Part shown: positions 18,991-28,846 of the stretch, in pieces
Layout: every line of letters starts with the position of its first letter
Numbering within the stretch: position 1 is the first letter of the stretch
DNA from: Chryseolinea sp.
GTDB lineage: Bacteria; Bacteroidota; Bacteroidia; Cytophagales; Cyclobacteriaceae
Assembly: GCA_037720155.1 (NCBI GenBank)
Contig: JBBJMI010000005.1
Location: 255,686-319,685 of the forward strand
Direction of reading: 5' to 3'
Length of the DNA: 64,000 nt
Made by a program: the position numbers and the translations under genes
The notes under the pieces: generated by a model
Database searches by the model: none
Told to the model about the DNA's origin: nothing
What the model saw: the letters and a program-made list of their open reading frames with translations, nothing else

Positions 18991-19635
18991 TTGATAAAGG
19001 CATGTATCTTCGACCTCGATGGTGTGATTGTCGACACCGCGCAGTATCACTATCTGGCCTGGAATCGGTTAGCAAAAGAAATTGGCATTCCTTTCACGGA
19101 AACGGACAATGAACGCTTGAAAGGCGTGAGCCGCATGCAATCCCTCGACATCATTCTTGAACTGGGCGGCGTTACACTTAGTAAGGTGAAAAAAGAGCGC
19201 CTGGCAACAGAAAAAAATACTTGGTTCGTTGACTACATCAATCGTATGGCACCGGATGAAATTTTCCCGGGCATCAAGACATTGCTTGAACGGCTTCGAA
19301 AAATGGGAATGAAGGTGGCGCTGGCGTCAAGCAGCAAAAATGCGAATAGGGTGGTACAACTGCTCAACATCAAAAATAGCTTCGACGTCATTGTCGACGG
19401 CACGATGGTTGTGAATTCGAAACCCGATCCGGAAATTTTTTTATTGGCTGCATCAAAACTCCGGATCTCTCCCGAACATTGTCTTGTGTTTGAAGATGCC
19501 GAGGCCGGCGTGGAGGCAGCATTGGCAGCCGGCATGAGGTGTATTGGCATAGGGTCACCGTTGCAATTAGGTAAGGCCAACAAGGTGATCGCCAAAGCGG
19601 CGGAATTCCCAATTGATTTTCTACAACAACTTTAA
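18991..19635 (+). CDS. pgmB: Beta-phosphoglucomutase (HAD superfamily)
   Basis: HAD motif I is CIFDLDGVIVDT. Motif II is ALASSSKNA. Motif IV is FEDAEAGVEAALAAGM. It has a TTG start and is immediately upstream of the GH65 gene. Confidence 0.9.
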   Translation: MIKACIFDLDGVIVDTAQYHYLAWNRLAKEIGIPFTETDNERLKGVSRMQSLDIILELGGVTLSKVKKERLATEKNTWFVDYINRMAPDEIFPGIKTLLERLRKMGMKVALASSSKNANRVVQLLNIKNSFDVIVDGTMVVNSKPDPEIFLLAASKLRISPEHCLVFEDAEAGVEAALAAGMRCIGIGSPLQLGKANKVIAKAAEFPIDFLQQL

Positions 19636-19660
19636 ATAAACGTGTTAAAGGTTTAGACAC

Positions 19661-21952
19661 ATGAAAGAATATCTTAAGCACCACGAATGGCACATTATTG
19701 AGGAAGGTCTCGATCCTCATAACAATATGATCTCGGAAAGTGTCTTCAGCCTTGGGAATGGACGCATGGGGCAGCGGGCAAACTTTGAAGAGGAGTACTC
19801 CGGAGAGACCCTGAAAGGAAGTTATGTGGCCGGAATATATTACCCGGACAAGACCCGGGTCGGCTGGTGGAAGAATGGTTACCCCGAGTATTTCGCCAAA
19901 GTACTCAATGCGCCCAGCTGGATTGGGATAAGAATAGCGATAGAAAATCAGAAACTGGATCTGGCTAAATGCAAGGTCGAAGATTTCAAGCGCGTGCTCG
20001 ATATGAAAAACGGTTTGCTCACCAGAACTTTTGCAGCAACATTTCCCGATGGAAAAACGGTTCGTGTAGAGGCGCGCCGTTTCTGCAGTATGGCCAGCGG
20101 TGAAATCGGAGCGATACGCTACGCAATCACTCCAATGAATTTTTCTGCGAAAGCCACCCTTTCCATAAATATCGATGCTGACGTTGTTAACAAGGATTCC
20201 AATTACGACGAAAAGTTTTGGGAGGAAGTAAGCAAGGAGGCTACAGAAGGACGGGCAATGGTGGTGGCTCAAACAAAAAAGACATTCTTCCATGTCGCCA
20301 CGGGAATGTGCTATAACATTTTGGCTGACGGCAAGAAGGCGGCCTTCGACCGCGTGAACATCGAGCAGCGTGAAAAATTCGCAGGCAACGTTATTCAGCT
20401 CTCACTAGAGGAGGGAAAGGAATTGACGATATTTAAATATGCGGCCGTGCTATCCTCAGAGAATCATCCTAAGGACCAATTGGCAGCAAATTGTCACAAG
20501 GTACTTGACGAAGCTGCCTCAAAAGGCTTTGATCAATTGCTGGCGGAGCATGCGGCGATTTGGGCGCACAAGTGGGAAGAGTGTGATATTACTATTGAAG
20601 GCGACGTTGCTGCACAGCAAGGCATACGTTTCAATATATTTCAGTTAACGCAAACCTATACTGGCGAGGATCAACGACTCAACATCGGACCAAAGGGCTT
20701 CACTGGTGAGAAATATGGTGGAAGCACCTATTGGGATACCGAAGCATATTGTATCCCTTTTTATCTCGGCACGGCAGAACCTAAAGTCGCGCGGAACCTG
20801 CTTATCTATCGTTACAAGCATCTGGCGAAGGCGATTGAGAATGGCCAAAAGCTTGGATTTACGGACGGCGCTGCGTTCTATCCTTTCGTTACGATGAACG
20901 GCGAGGAATGCCACAATGAATGGGAGATCACATTTGAAGAAATACATCGTACCAGTGCGATGGCCTATGCCATCCGCGATTATATCGACTATACGGGTGA
21001 TGAAGGTTATCTGACGGAGTACGGTCTTGAAGTGCTTATTGGGATTTCAAGATTCTGGGCGCAGCGCGTGAACTGGTCAGCCGACAAGAATAAGTATGTC
21101 ATTCTAGGAGTTACCGGCCCTAATGAATACGAGAATAACGTCAATAATAATTGGTATACAAATTATCTGTGCGCCTGGACGCTTCGATTTACACGCTATG
21201 CTGTAGACTTTGTAAAGAAGTCAGATGCGAAAAGGTATTCAGAGATAACGGCGGCTACCAATTTTAACGAAGGCACCGAGGCTGTTAAGTGGAAAGAGAT
21301 CGAGGAGAAGATGTACTTTCCCGAAGACAGTCGGAGGGGGGTGATGCTGCAACAGGATGGGTTTCTGGACAAGGAGTTACTTCGCGTCAATGACCTGAAA
21401 CCAGAACATCGTCCACTGAATCAAAAGTGGTCCTGGGACCGCATCCTGCGTTCGTGCTTTATCAAGCAGGCGGATGTACTGCAGGGAATCTATTTGTTTG
21501 AAGATGACTTTGAAGTGGAGACGATCAGAAAGAACTTTGATTTTTACGAACCCATGACCGTACATGAGTCATCCTTGTCCCCATGCGTGCATGCGATCCT
21601 TGCATCAAAGCTGGGCTATAAGGAACGGGCATACGAGTTTTATTTGCGAACTGCCCGGTTAGATCTGGACAACTATAACAATGATACAGAAGAAGGTTGC
21701 CACATTACTTCGATGGCCGGAACATGGATGAGCGTAGTAAAAGGATTTGGCGGCATGCGTGTGAGAAATGGAAAGCTCCATTTCAATCCGTTTTTACCTG
21801 ACAAGTGGAAATCATTTTCGTTTAGACTGGAATTCCGCGGGCGGGTTATTAAGATCAGGATCACTTCCGATGGTGTGGAGACAAAGTTGGAATCGGGTGA
21901 TTCAATCGAGATCATGGTCAAGGATAAGGCCGTTACCGTGGAATCAATCTAG
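19661..21952 (+). CDS. Glycoside hydrolase family 65 alpha-glucoside phosphorylase (maltose phosphorylase-like; exact acceptor specificity not determinable)
   Basis: 763 aa. The catalytic-acid region is ILGVTGPNEYENNVNNNWYTN and the N-terminus reads SVFSLGNGRMGQRANFEE. Pairing with pgmB is the canonical way to use the beta-glucose-1-phosphate product. Confidence 0.9.
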   Translation: MKEYLKHHEWHIIEEGLDPHNNMISESVFSLGNGRMGQRANFEEEYSGETLKGSYVAGIYYPDKTRVGWWKNGYPEYFAKVLNAPSWIGIRIAIENQKLDLAKCKVEDFKRVLDMKNGLLTRTFAATFPDGKTVRVEARRFCSMASGEIGAIRYAITPMNFSAKATLSINIDADVVNKDSNYDEKFWEEVSKEATEGRAMVVAQTKKTFFHVATGMCYNILADGKKAAFDRVNIEQREKFAGNVIQLSLEEGKELTIFKYAAVLSSENHPKDQLAANCHKVLDEAASKGFDQLLAEHAAIWAHKWEECDITIEGDVAAQQGIRFNIFQLTQTYTGEDQRLNIGPKGFTGEKYGGSTYWDTEAYCIPFYLGTAEPKVARNLLIYRYKHLAKAIENGQKLGFTDGAAFYPFVTMNGEECHNEWEITFEEIHRTSAMAYAIRDYIDYTGDEGYLTEYGLEVLIGISRFWAQRVNWSADKNKYVILGVTGPNEYENNVNNNWYTNYLCAWTLRFTRYAVDFVKKSDAKRYSEITAATNFNEGTEAVKWKEIEEKMYFPEDSRRGVMLQQDGFLDKELLRVNDLKPEHRPLNQKWSWDRILRSCFIKQADVLQGIYLFEDDFEVETIRKNFDFYEPMTVHESSLSPCVHAILASKLGYKERAYEFYLRTARLDLDNYNNDTEEGCHITSMAGTWMSVVKGFGGMRVRNGKLHFNPFLPDKWKSFSFRLEFRGRVIKIRITSDGVETKLESGDSIEIMVKDKAVTVESI

Positions 21953-21970
21953 GGCCGAAATAGAGATAGT

Positions 21971-22672
21971 CTAGTTATCGCCAGGCTCATCCTCTTCTTC
22001 CTCCTTGGGTGGGGCGACGGTGATATCGCTGAGGATATGCGCAACCCATTCTGAGTACATGATGTCCGATGGGTGTAGCCCGTCCGTTGCCACAAGTTCT
22101 GGTTCAGTAAGGCCACGACGGGAAATATCTGTTATGTTATAGTATTTGATTTGATGCCGTTCAGCAATGCTCTTGTTGACGGCGTTAAATGCATCGATTC
22201 CCTTTGATATTTGCTCCTGTTTTTCTTTTCCGAATGGTGTGAATCCATAATCGGGGATAGACAGCACAAATACATGTGACTTATTGCCGCCGGCAAGCTT
22301 GATTGCTGTTTGAAGCAAAGCTTCGAATTCCGGCGCGTATGATTCGGCAGTTTTTCCCTGGTATAAATTGTTCACGCCGATCAGCAGCGACACGAGATTA
22401 AATTCCCCTTTAAGTTTGGCCTTTGAGATTGCGTGCGCAAGGTGATCTGTGCGCCACCCGGTTGTGGCGATGATGATTGGCTCATAACCATCGACTCCGA
22501 GTTTGTTGAGTGAATCTATAAGTTGTACTGGCCACCGCGCATTTACAGGAACGCTCTCACCGACGGTATAGGAGTCCCCCAAGGCAAGAAACCGCAGCTT
22601 TTCTTCGATAATAAGTTTTTGTGCCATCGTTTGCGTGGACAATAGAAGGAGGAGCGTGATGAGCTTATTCAT
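21971..22672 (-). CDS. Secreted SGNH/GDSL-family hydrolase (esterase/lipase)
   Basis: It has a signal peptide. Block I is LALGDSYT, block III is GVNN and block V is DGLHPS. Confidence 0.8.
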   Translation of the reverse strand: MNKLITLLLLLSTQTMAQKLIIEEKLRFLALGDSYTVGESVPVNARWPVQLIDSLNKLGVDGYEPIIIATTGWRTDHLAHAISKAKLKGEFNLVSLLIGVNNLYQGKTAESYAPEFEALLQTAIKLAGGNKSHVFVLSIPDYGFTPFGKEKQEQISKGIDAFNAVNKSIAERHQIKYYNITDISRRGLTEPELVATDGLHPSDIMYSEWVAHILSDITVAPPKEEEEDEPGDN

Positions 22673-22708
22673 GCGTGACCAACAATTTACAAGGCTTTTG
22701 CTGATTTA

Positions 22709-22745
22709 CGAAAAAAATAAAGGGGATGGTTTCGGCCATCCCCTG
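22709..22745 (-). terminator. Rho-independent terminator downstream of the FucP-like MFS gene
   Basis: The stem is AGGGGATGG/CCATCCCCT (9 bp, perfect) with loop tttcgg. On the minus strand it is followed by TTATTTTTTT. Confidence 0.7.
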
Positions 22746-22776
22746 TTTAAAACATCAGTCTTTTGAATTCGAACGG

Positions 22777-24003
22777 CTAGTGAGTGACGGCCGCTGCGCT
22801 TGCCTTCCTACTTCTCACCCAGAACAACAAAATTGTAAACAGCACGATCAAAATTATTGGGAAAATCATCATCGTTTTTAGGGTGGCCTGGCCGGCAGCG
22901 AGTTCGAGCGCGTCACCTTGCAATCCCTGCGACGACGCATCAGCGCGGGCATTGTCTATCCAACCACCGATGATCACCTGAAAAATCGACGTAGATAACA
23001 TACCAAACGCTCCTACGATGGACATTCCAATTGCACCGCTGCGGGGTATTTTTTCTGCAACGAATCCAATCATGTTCGGCCAGAAATAACAAACGCCGAT
23101 GGCGAAAACAACAGCAGCAACATATGCCATTGCACCCGTCTGGGTACTGAATAAGAAAATCCCTATCGTGGTGAAAATTGCCGAGCCTAGCAATACGCCC
23201 GTCTGATCAAACTTATGGACAAATTCGCCGCCAAAATATCTTCCAACCGCCATCAATCCCGTGATAAGCGCCAGAATGACCATTGGTTCCGCGCCGCTCT
23301 TGGCAAGGATTAATTGAGCCCATTGTGTTGGTCCAAACTCGGAGATTGCTGTGAGCGTCATGCATAAACACATGAATAAAAACAACGGCGTAATCATTGC
23401 TTTCAAATTGGATGGCAAAGAGGCGATCTGATCGTCCTTCGGTTTTGGAAATACCTGTCCGTAAAACAGATACGCGTAGATCAATGTGGGGATCATAATG
23501 ACCCATATTTGAGCTTCCCAACCCATATCAGCTTTCGTCATCACAAAGGATATTAAACTACCCAGCACAATTCCGCCAGGGAACCACATGTGAAAGCGGT
23601 TCAGCAGGGTGTTCATAGCCTTGCCACTATAGGCAGTGGCAATCATTGGGTTACACGCTGCCTCTGTACAACCATTTCCAAGTCCAATAAATAACGTTGA
23701 GATCAGAAGGCCGGTGTATCCGCCGGCGAAGATGGTCAGGATGATACCAAGGGTGTGCGCAAAGAATGCAAATATCATAATGTTCTTCGGGCCAATGCTG
23801 CTATAAAATATGCCTCCGAGCACCATGGAGATTGGGAAGCCAAAAAAGAACATGGAGTTTATAAAACCTAGCTGCTGCGCGGACAAGTCAAACTCCTGGG
23901 CCAACTGCGGCAAAATACCAGCCCGTATACTGAAGGAAAAAGCCGTTGTGATGAGGGCAAAGCAACTTCCGTAGAAGAGCCTTTTAGGATTGTGTTCGGT
24001 CAT
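22777..24003 (-). CDS. MFS sugar:H+ symporter (FucP / glucose-galactose transporter-like); probable xylose-regulon transporter
   Basis: 408 aa with about 12 hydrophobic segments. It carries the same upstream palindrome as the xylB promoter region (see 24085-24103). Confidence 0.85.
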   Translation of the reverse strand: MTEHNPKRLFYGSCFALITTAFSFSIRAGILPQLAQEFDLSAQQLGFINSMFFFGFPISMVLGGIFYSSIGPKNIMIFAFFAHTLGIILTIFAGGYTGLLISTLFIGLGNGCTEAACNPMIATAYSGKAMNTLLNRFHMWFPGGIVLGSLISFVMTKADMGWEAQIWVIMIPTLIYAYLFYGQVFPKPKDDQIASLPSNLKAMITPLFLFMCLCMTLTAISEFGPTQWAQLILAKSGAEPMVILALITGLMAVGRYFGGEFVHKFDQTGVLLGSAIFTTIGIFLFSTQTGAMAYVAAVVFAIGVCYFWPNMIGFVAEKIPRSGAIGMSIVGAFGMLSTSIFQVIIGGWIDNARADASSQGLQGDALELAAGQATLKTMMIFPIILIVLFTILLFWVRSRKASAAAVTH

Positions 24004-24084
24004 GATATTACTCAGGTTGAGGTTGTAGGTTAAAACTTTTGATGGGGTGCAATGGATTGAAAGGTAATAAAAAAGCAGAAATGT

Positions 24085-24103
24085 TGTAGTCCTTTTGACT
24101 ATA
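24085..24103. promoter_or_regulatory. Palindromic operator candidate TGTAGTC-N5-GACTATA (copy 2)
   Basis: ttGTAGTCcttttGACTAtag has perfect core arms TAGTC/GACTA. It sits 82-100 nt upstream of the MFS start (24003). It shares TTGTAGTC-N5-nACTATA with the site at 24891-24909. Confidence 0.5.
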
Positions 24104-24164
24104 GCGCAAATAAATTATTCACGTTCCATCAGGCTCTGTTACGACACTTGACGATATATTATTG

Positions 24165-24857
24165 TCATAATTCAAACGTGAACCCTTTTTCTATCAGACT
24201 ATTGTATTTTTTTTTATCGAATCGGTACAAATTCGCTGCCCGGTGCGACACCTCCGTTTGCTTTTCTTTGCACGGTTCAAGAAAATTCATCTTCATGATC
24301 TTCCGTCTGAAATTTGGCTTGTCAAGTTTTTTCCCAAGGATAGCTTCATACAGTTCCTGCAATTGTAACAGCGTAAACTTTTTTGGAATAAGGTTGAACC
24401 CAACGGGTTCATGCCGCACCTTATGTTTTAAATATTGCAGCCCTGCCACGACTATCTGGTGATGATCATATGGGAGTGGCGGCACGTCACTTACTTTAAA
24501 CCACTGCGCATCTGAAGCCGTAAACCCAGCCCTTGGAATATAATTCTCAGGCTTAACGAGCGCGTAATAGGCGATGGTCACTACACGCTTCGTAGGGTAT
24601 CTTTGAACATCACCAAATGCCTTGAGCTGTTCCAGATAAATGTTAGAAACGCCAGTGAGGTCGTTTAGTATCCTGTTCGCAGATTCATCAATGCTTTCCG
24701 AGTATTTTATCCACCCTCCCGGCAATGCCCACTTGCCTTTGCTGATACCCTCTCCATGCTGCACCAGCAAAATGTCAAGCTCACGCTTTTTGAAACCAAA
24801 GATTAGACAGTCAATGGACAACGCGTCAATGACGGCTTCTGGGTTCATTTCATCCAT
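24165..24857 (-). CDS. Nudix-domain transcriptional regulator (NrtR-like; probable xylose regulon repressor)
   Basis: The start is taken at MDEMNPEAV (24857). The longer tracked ORF would run into xylB. The Nudix fold has a degenerate box (GGWIKYSESIDESANRILNDLTG, where the REUxEE glutamates are replaced by RILNDL). The C-terminal winged-helix-like segment is FTLLQLQELYEAILGKKLDKPNFRRKI. Confidence 0.8.
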   Translation of the reverse strand: MDEMNPEAVIDALSIDCLIFGFKKRELDILLVQHGEGISKGKWALPGGWIKYSESIDESANRILNDLTGVSNIYLEQLKAFGDVQRYPTKRVVTIAYYALVKPENYIPRAGFTASDAQWFKVSDVPPLPYDHHQIVVAGLQYLKHKVRHEPVGFNLIPKKFTLLQLQELYEAILGKKLDKPNFRRKIMKMNFLEPCKEKQTEVSHRAANLYRFDKKKYNSLIEKGFTFEL

Positions 24858-24890
24858 AGGAGGAGTGCATTTAAAAAAAATGGAGTAGCT

Positions 24891-24909
24891 TGTAGTCAAA
24901 TGTACTATA
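24891..24909. promoter_or_regulatory. Palindromic operator candidate TGTAGTC-N5-TACTATA (copy 1)
   Basis: The sequence is ttGTAGTCaaatgTACTAtaa. It lies in the 98-nt divergent region between the Nudix regulator start (24857) and the xylB start (24956). Confidence 0.5.
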
Positions 24910-24955
24910 AGTTCTATCTTTACACAACCTTTCAATCGATTGTAACCTATTAAAT

Positions 24956-26464
24956 ATGAATAAATTCCTTTTGGGGTATGATGTTGGAAGCTCGTCGGTA
25001 AAGGCATCCGTTATTGAAGTGGCAACTGGAAAGGTTGTTTCGTCGGCGCAGTCGCCTTCCGAAGAGATGCCTATGACTGCCTTACATCCGGGTTGGGCTG
25101 AACAGGACCCAGCCATGTGGTGGGACAACGCAGTGAAGAGCTTGCAGTCGTGTCTTAAAAAAGGTAACGTTTCGGGTGATGAGATTGCAGCAATTGGTAT
25201 CTCATACCAGATGCACGGGCTGGTTTGTATTGGCAAGCAGTCCGAAGTTCTCCGGCCTTCGATCATATGGTGTGATAGCCGTGCCGTTGAAATCGGAAAG
25301 ACGGCATTTCATGAATTAGGTGAAACGTATTGCCTTCAGCACCTTCTAAATTCCCCGGGAAATTTTACAGCGTCGAAACTTAGATGGGTACGGGTATTTG
25401 AACCGGCGATCTTTGAAAAGATAATCAGCATAATGCTGCCGGGTGACTATCTCGCGATGAAGCTCACAGGCGAAATCAACACTACTCCTTCGGGTCTTTC
25501 CGAGGGAATGTTTTGGGATTACAGTACGGGTGACGTATCCGCGAAACTACTGGAGCATTACGGCATACCCGCGGAAAAACTTGCGCCACACGTGCCTACA
25601 TTTTCTATTCAGGGGAAAGTAAGAAAAGAAGTTGCAGCGCTATTGGGATTAAGAGAAGGAACGCCCGTGAGCTATCGCGCGGGAGATCAGCCGAACAATG
25701 CTTTTTCACTCAACGTGCTGAACCCAGGAGAAACTGCAGCGACCGCCGGTACGTCAGGGGTCATCTATAGCATCACGGACAAGAACGCATATGATACCAG
25801 ATCGCGCGTCAATGCTTTTCTTCACGTCAATGATACGGCACAGGCAAGAAGGAATGGCGTTTTGTTGTGTATTAACGGTACGGGTATACTCAACAGCTGG
25901 CTGAGAAAGCAGATACAAGGTGGGGGGACGATCAGCTATGATCAGATGAATACACTTTCAGGGCAGGCCCCGATCGGAAGTGATGGGTTGTCTATCCTTC
26001 CATTTGGCAATGGCGCAGAGCGTGTACTGGAAGAAAAGAACATCAACTCCTCCATTCAAGGACTAAACTTTAATCGTCACGCGCCAGCGCACCTGTTGCG
26101 CGCGGGCCAGGAAGGTATTGTGTTTGCTTTAAAATACGGGTTCGATGTACTTCAGGAGATGGGTCTGCAGAATCAGGTGATCCGCGCGGGCAATGCAAAT
26201 ATGTTTTTGAGCCCCGTGTTTCGCGAAGCTTTTGTCAATACCATCGGCGCACGGCTCGAACTTTATGATACAGATGGCGCCAAAGGCGCGGCCGTCGGCG
26301 CTGGGATCGGCGCTGGCATCTACAGTTCACCAGAAGAAGCCTTTAAAAGCTTGAAGATTATCAAAGCCGAAGAGCCGCGCGCTTCACTACAGGAGGAGTA
26401 CGCACAGGCGTATGGACATTGGAACAATACCCTCAAAAAACAACTCGCGCTGCATCATTCTTAA
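24956..26464 (+). CDS. xylB: Xylulokinase (FGGY family)
   Basis: 502 aa. It has LGYDVGSSSVKASV and MHGLVCI. It is immediately upstream of xylA. Confidence 0.9.
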   Translation: MNKFLLGYDVGSSSVKASVIEVATGKVVSSAQSPSEEMPMTALHPGWAEQDPAMWWDNAVKSLQSCLKKGNVSGDEIAAIGISYQMHGLVCIGKQSEVLRPSIIWCDSRAVEIGKTAFHELGETYCLQHLLNSPGNFTASKLRWVRVFEPAIFEKIISIMLPGDYLAMKLTGEINTTPSGLSEGMFWDYSTGDVSAKLLEHYGIPAEKLAPHVPTFSIQGKVRKEVAALLGLREGTPVSYRAGDQPNNAFSLNVLNPGETAATAGTSGVIYSITDKNAYDTRSRVNAFLHVNDTAQARRNGVLLCINGTGILNSWLRKQIQGGGTISYDQMNTLSGQAPIGSDGLSILPFGNGAERVLEEKNINSSIQGLNFNRHAPAHLLRAGQEGIVFALKYGFDVLQEMGLQNQVIRAGNANMFLSPVFREAFVNTIGARLELYDTDGAKGAAVGAGIGAGIYSSPEEAFKSLKIIKAEEPRASLQEEYAQAYGHWNNTLKKQLALHHS

Positions 26465-26497
26465 AATACCATTACTCTCACATAAAAAATAAATAAC

Positions 26498-27826
26498 ATG
26501 AAAGCCCTAATTGGAAACAGAGAATACTTCAAGGGAATAAAGCCCATTAAGTACGAAGGACCCGAGTCCGACAACCCACTGGCGTTTAAATATTACAACC
26601 CCAAACAACGCGTTGGTAAAAAAACAATGCAGGATCACTTTCGGTTTGCCATTGCATACTGGCATACATTCTGCGGAACGGGAGGCGACCCGTTCGGGCC
26701 GGGTACAAAGAATTTTCCATGGAATGAAAGCGGGGATGCAGTCCGTCGTGGACAGGACAAAATGGACGCCGCCTTCGAATTTATTACAAAAATTGGCGCC
26801 CCGTTTTATTGCTTCCATGATTACGATCTCGTAGATGAAGGGCCAACGTTAAAAGAATCAGAGAAAAGGTTAAGTCAGATCGTGGACTATGCGAAAGAAA
26901 AGCAAGCAGCTTCGGGTGTTAAACTTCTTTGGGGGACTGCAAACATGTTCTCGCATCCCCGCTATATGAATGGCGCTTCCACGAATCCCGATTTCAATGT
27001 AGTTTGTTGGGCAGGAGCGCAAGTGAAGAACGCGCTGGATGCAACGATTGCCCTGGGCGGCGCGAATTATGTTTTCTGGGGAGGTCGCGAAGGTTACATG
27101 ACATTGCTAAACACCAACATGAAGCGTGAACAGGAACATCTGGCAAACTTCCTGCACATGGCGCGCGATTATGGCAGGAGCAATGGCTTTAAGGGTGCAT
27201 TCCTGATCGAGCCGAAGCCTATGGAGCCAACAAAACATCAATATGATTTTGACTCTGCCACGGTGATCTCGTTTCTTCGCCAGTATGATCTGATGGACGA
27301 TTTCAAACTGAACCTGGAAGTAAATCACGCGACGTTGGCCCATCACACTTTTCAGCACGAGCTTCAGGTTGCGGCGGATGCTGGTGCGCTCGGTAGCATA
27401 GACGCCAACCGCGGTGATTACCAAAACGGTTGGGATACTGATCAATTTCCCAATAACCTTTATGAGCTCGCAGAGTCGATGCTTGTAATACTTGAAGCGG
27501 GTGGACTTCGCACGGGTGGTGTTAATTTTGACGCCAAGACCAGGAGGAATTCAACTGACCTCATTGACGTTTTTTACGCGCACATCGGTGGAATGGACAC
27601 TTTTGCCCGTGCACTGCTCATCGCACAGGCGATTTTGGACGATGGTGAATATGCGCGCATCCGAAAAGAGCGATACAGCTCATTTGATACTGGAAAAGGA
27701 AAGCAATTTTCTCAAGGCAAGATGACGCTGCAAACGCTGGGTAAGCTCGCGCATCAAAATGGGGAGCCGGAACAGATTAGCGGCCGACAGGAATATGTTG
27801 AAAACCTTATCAATAAATTTATTTAA
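26498..27826 (+). CDS. xylA: Xylose isomerase
   Basis: 442 aa. The signature motifs are [38 protein letters not shown] and [18 protein letters not shown]. Confidence 0.97.
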   Translation: MKALIGNREYFKGIKPIKYEGPESDNPLAFKYYNPKQRVGKKTMQDHFRFAIAYWHTFCGTGGDPFGPGTKNFPWNESGDAVRRGQDKMDAAFEFITKIGAPFYCFHDYDLVDEGPTLKESEKRLSQIVDYAKEKQAASGVKLLWGTANMFSHPRYMNGASTNPDFNVVCWAGAQVKNALDATIALGGANYVFWGGREGYMTLLNTNMKREQEHLANFLHMARDYGRSNGFKGAFLIEPKPMEPTKHQYDFDSATVISFLRQYDLMDDFKLNLEVNHATLAHHTFQHELQVAADAGALGSIDANRGDYQNGWDTDQFPNNLYELAESMLVILEAGGLRTGGVNFDAKTRRNSTDLIDVFYAHIGGMDTFARALLIAQAILDDGEYARIRKERYSSFDTGKGKQFSQGKMTLQTLGKLAHQNGEPEQISGRQEYVENLINKFI

Positions 27827-27841
27827 TACTGACGGTATCTC

Positions 27842-27883
27842 AGGTCGTTCAACCGGCTCATTTGGTTGAACGACCTCAGATTT
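27842..27883 (+). terminator. Rho-independent terminator after xylA
   Basis: A perfect 13-bp stem AGGTCGTTCAACC/GGTTGAACGACCT has a 9-nt loop and is followed by cagaTTTcg. Confidence 0.7.
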
Positions 27884-27957
27884 CGCAAAGGTCATAAGCG
27901 GCGGTGTTTAGTTGCGTATCTTCAAGTGGAAGAAAATTGCATAATCCACCTAACACC

Positions 27958-28515
27958 ATGAAGCTATACATTATATTTTTTTGTCTGACGTTTTCAATAC
28001 TTGCCTCGGGACAAGGCACCACCAGCTATGGTAATTTTAAGCTCGTGGAACAGGAAATTGTTTACCAGAAGATATTTCTTGAGGATTCAGCAACGGCAGC
28101 CAAGCTTGGAGAATATTATAAGACGCTGGCCTATTTGGGGAACGTCCAGGTTAGCGGTGACGAGATCACCTTTGATTTGAATGATATCACCGTTGATTAT
28201 AAGAAATTTCAATTTACCCAGGTAGCAACACCAAATATCATTCAAACCGGAAAGTATAGCGGAAAAGTTGTGGTTGGTGTAAAAGACGGAAAGTATCGCG
28301 TTACGGTTCGCGACATCCAGCTAACGGGCGACATTGGCTATAAAAAGATAAATGCAAAAGAAAACCTCACAAGCTTCGCCGGAAAAAACAATGGGACCAT
28401 CCTGGCGCCCGATTGGTGCCGGCCGAATATGCTCGGTTTGCTGGATCAGGCTTTCACAGACAAGCTTCGATTCATTGAGTTGAAACGAAAAAAGAAGGAT
28501 GACGGAGACTGGTAA
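27958..28515 (+). CDS. Hypothetical secreted protein (possibly DUF4468/TBP-like fold; tentative)
   Basis: The ATG at 27958 gives MKLYIIFFCLTFSILASGQ (Sec signal). 185 aa with a basic C-terminal tail (KRKKKDDGDW). No catalytic motif is seen. Confidence 0.55.
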   Translation: MKLYIIFFCLTFSILASGQGTTSYGNFKLVEQEIVYQKIFLEDSATAAKLGEYYKTLAYLGNVQVSGDEITFDLNDITVDYKKFQFTQVATPNIIQTGKYSGKVVVGVKDGKYRVTVRDIQLTGDIGYKKINAKENLTSFAGKNNGTILAPDWCRPNMLGLLDQAFTDKLRFIELKRKKKDDGDW

Positions 28516-28636
28516 GTTCGCGGTTGGTGCAATTTAATCATTGAGGCGATGCAAGAGAGGTGATAAAGTCTTCCAACCTCATACCTGTATTTGGTGTCAG
28601 TAAAGAGCAGTACTTTTGTTGGCGCTAAACTCAATT

Positions 28637-28846
28637 ATGGAAAGATTGCCCGGTATTGTCTGTATCAGCATTGCACTGGCCTGCTCACCCGAGGACGAAA
28701 TCCGTAGAAGTTCTGCTGACGATTTTCGCGGAACGTTGGTTCATGATATGACTTATCATGACATTGTAAAAAGCTTTGGCGAGCCCGACGAAGATCGCGG
28801 CAGCGGCATCCACATATATGTCTACAAATTATCAGATGATGAATGA
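28637..28846 (+). CDS. Small lipoprotein (69 aa), BamE/SmpA-like short beta motif
   Basis: MERLPGIVCISIALACSPEDE has a lipobox (LAC). MTYHDIVKSFGEPDEDRGSGIHIYVYKLSD resembles small lipoprotein domains. Its stop overlaps the next start (ATGA). Confidence 0.45.
   Translation: MERLPGIVCISIALACSPEDEIRRSSADDFRGTLVHDMTYHDIVKSFGEPDEDRGSGIHIYVYKLSDDE

Noticed and set aside
24858-25007. A 50-codon N-terminal extension of the Nudix regulator ORF that would overlap the xylB start.
   Set aside because: The extension covers the divergent promoter and operator region and has no homology-like features. The internal MDEMNPEAV start fits the Nudix-domain boundary.
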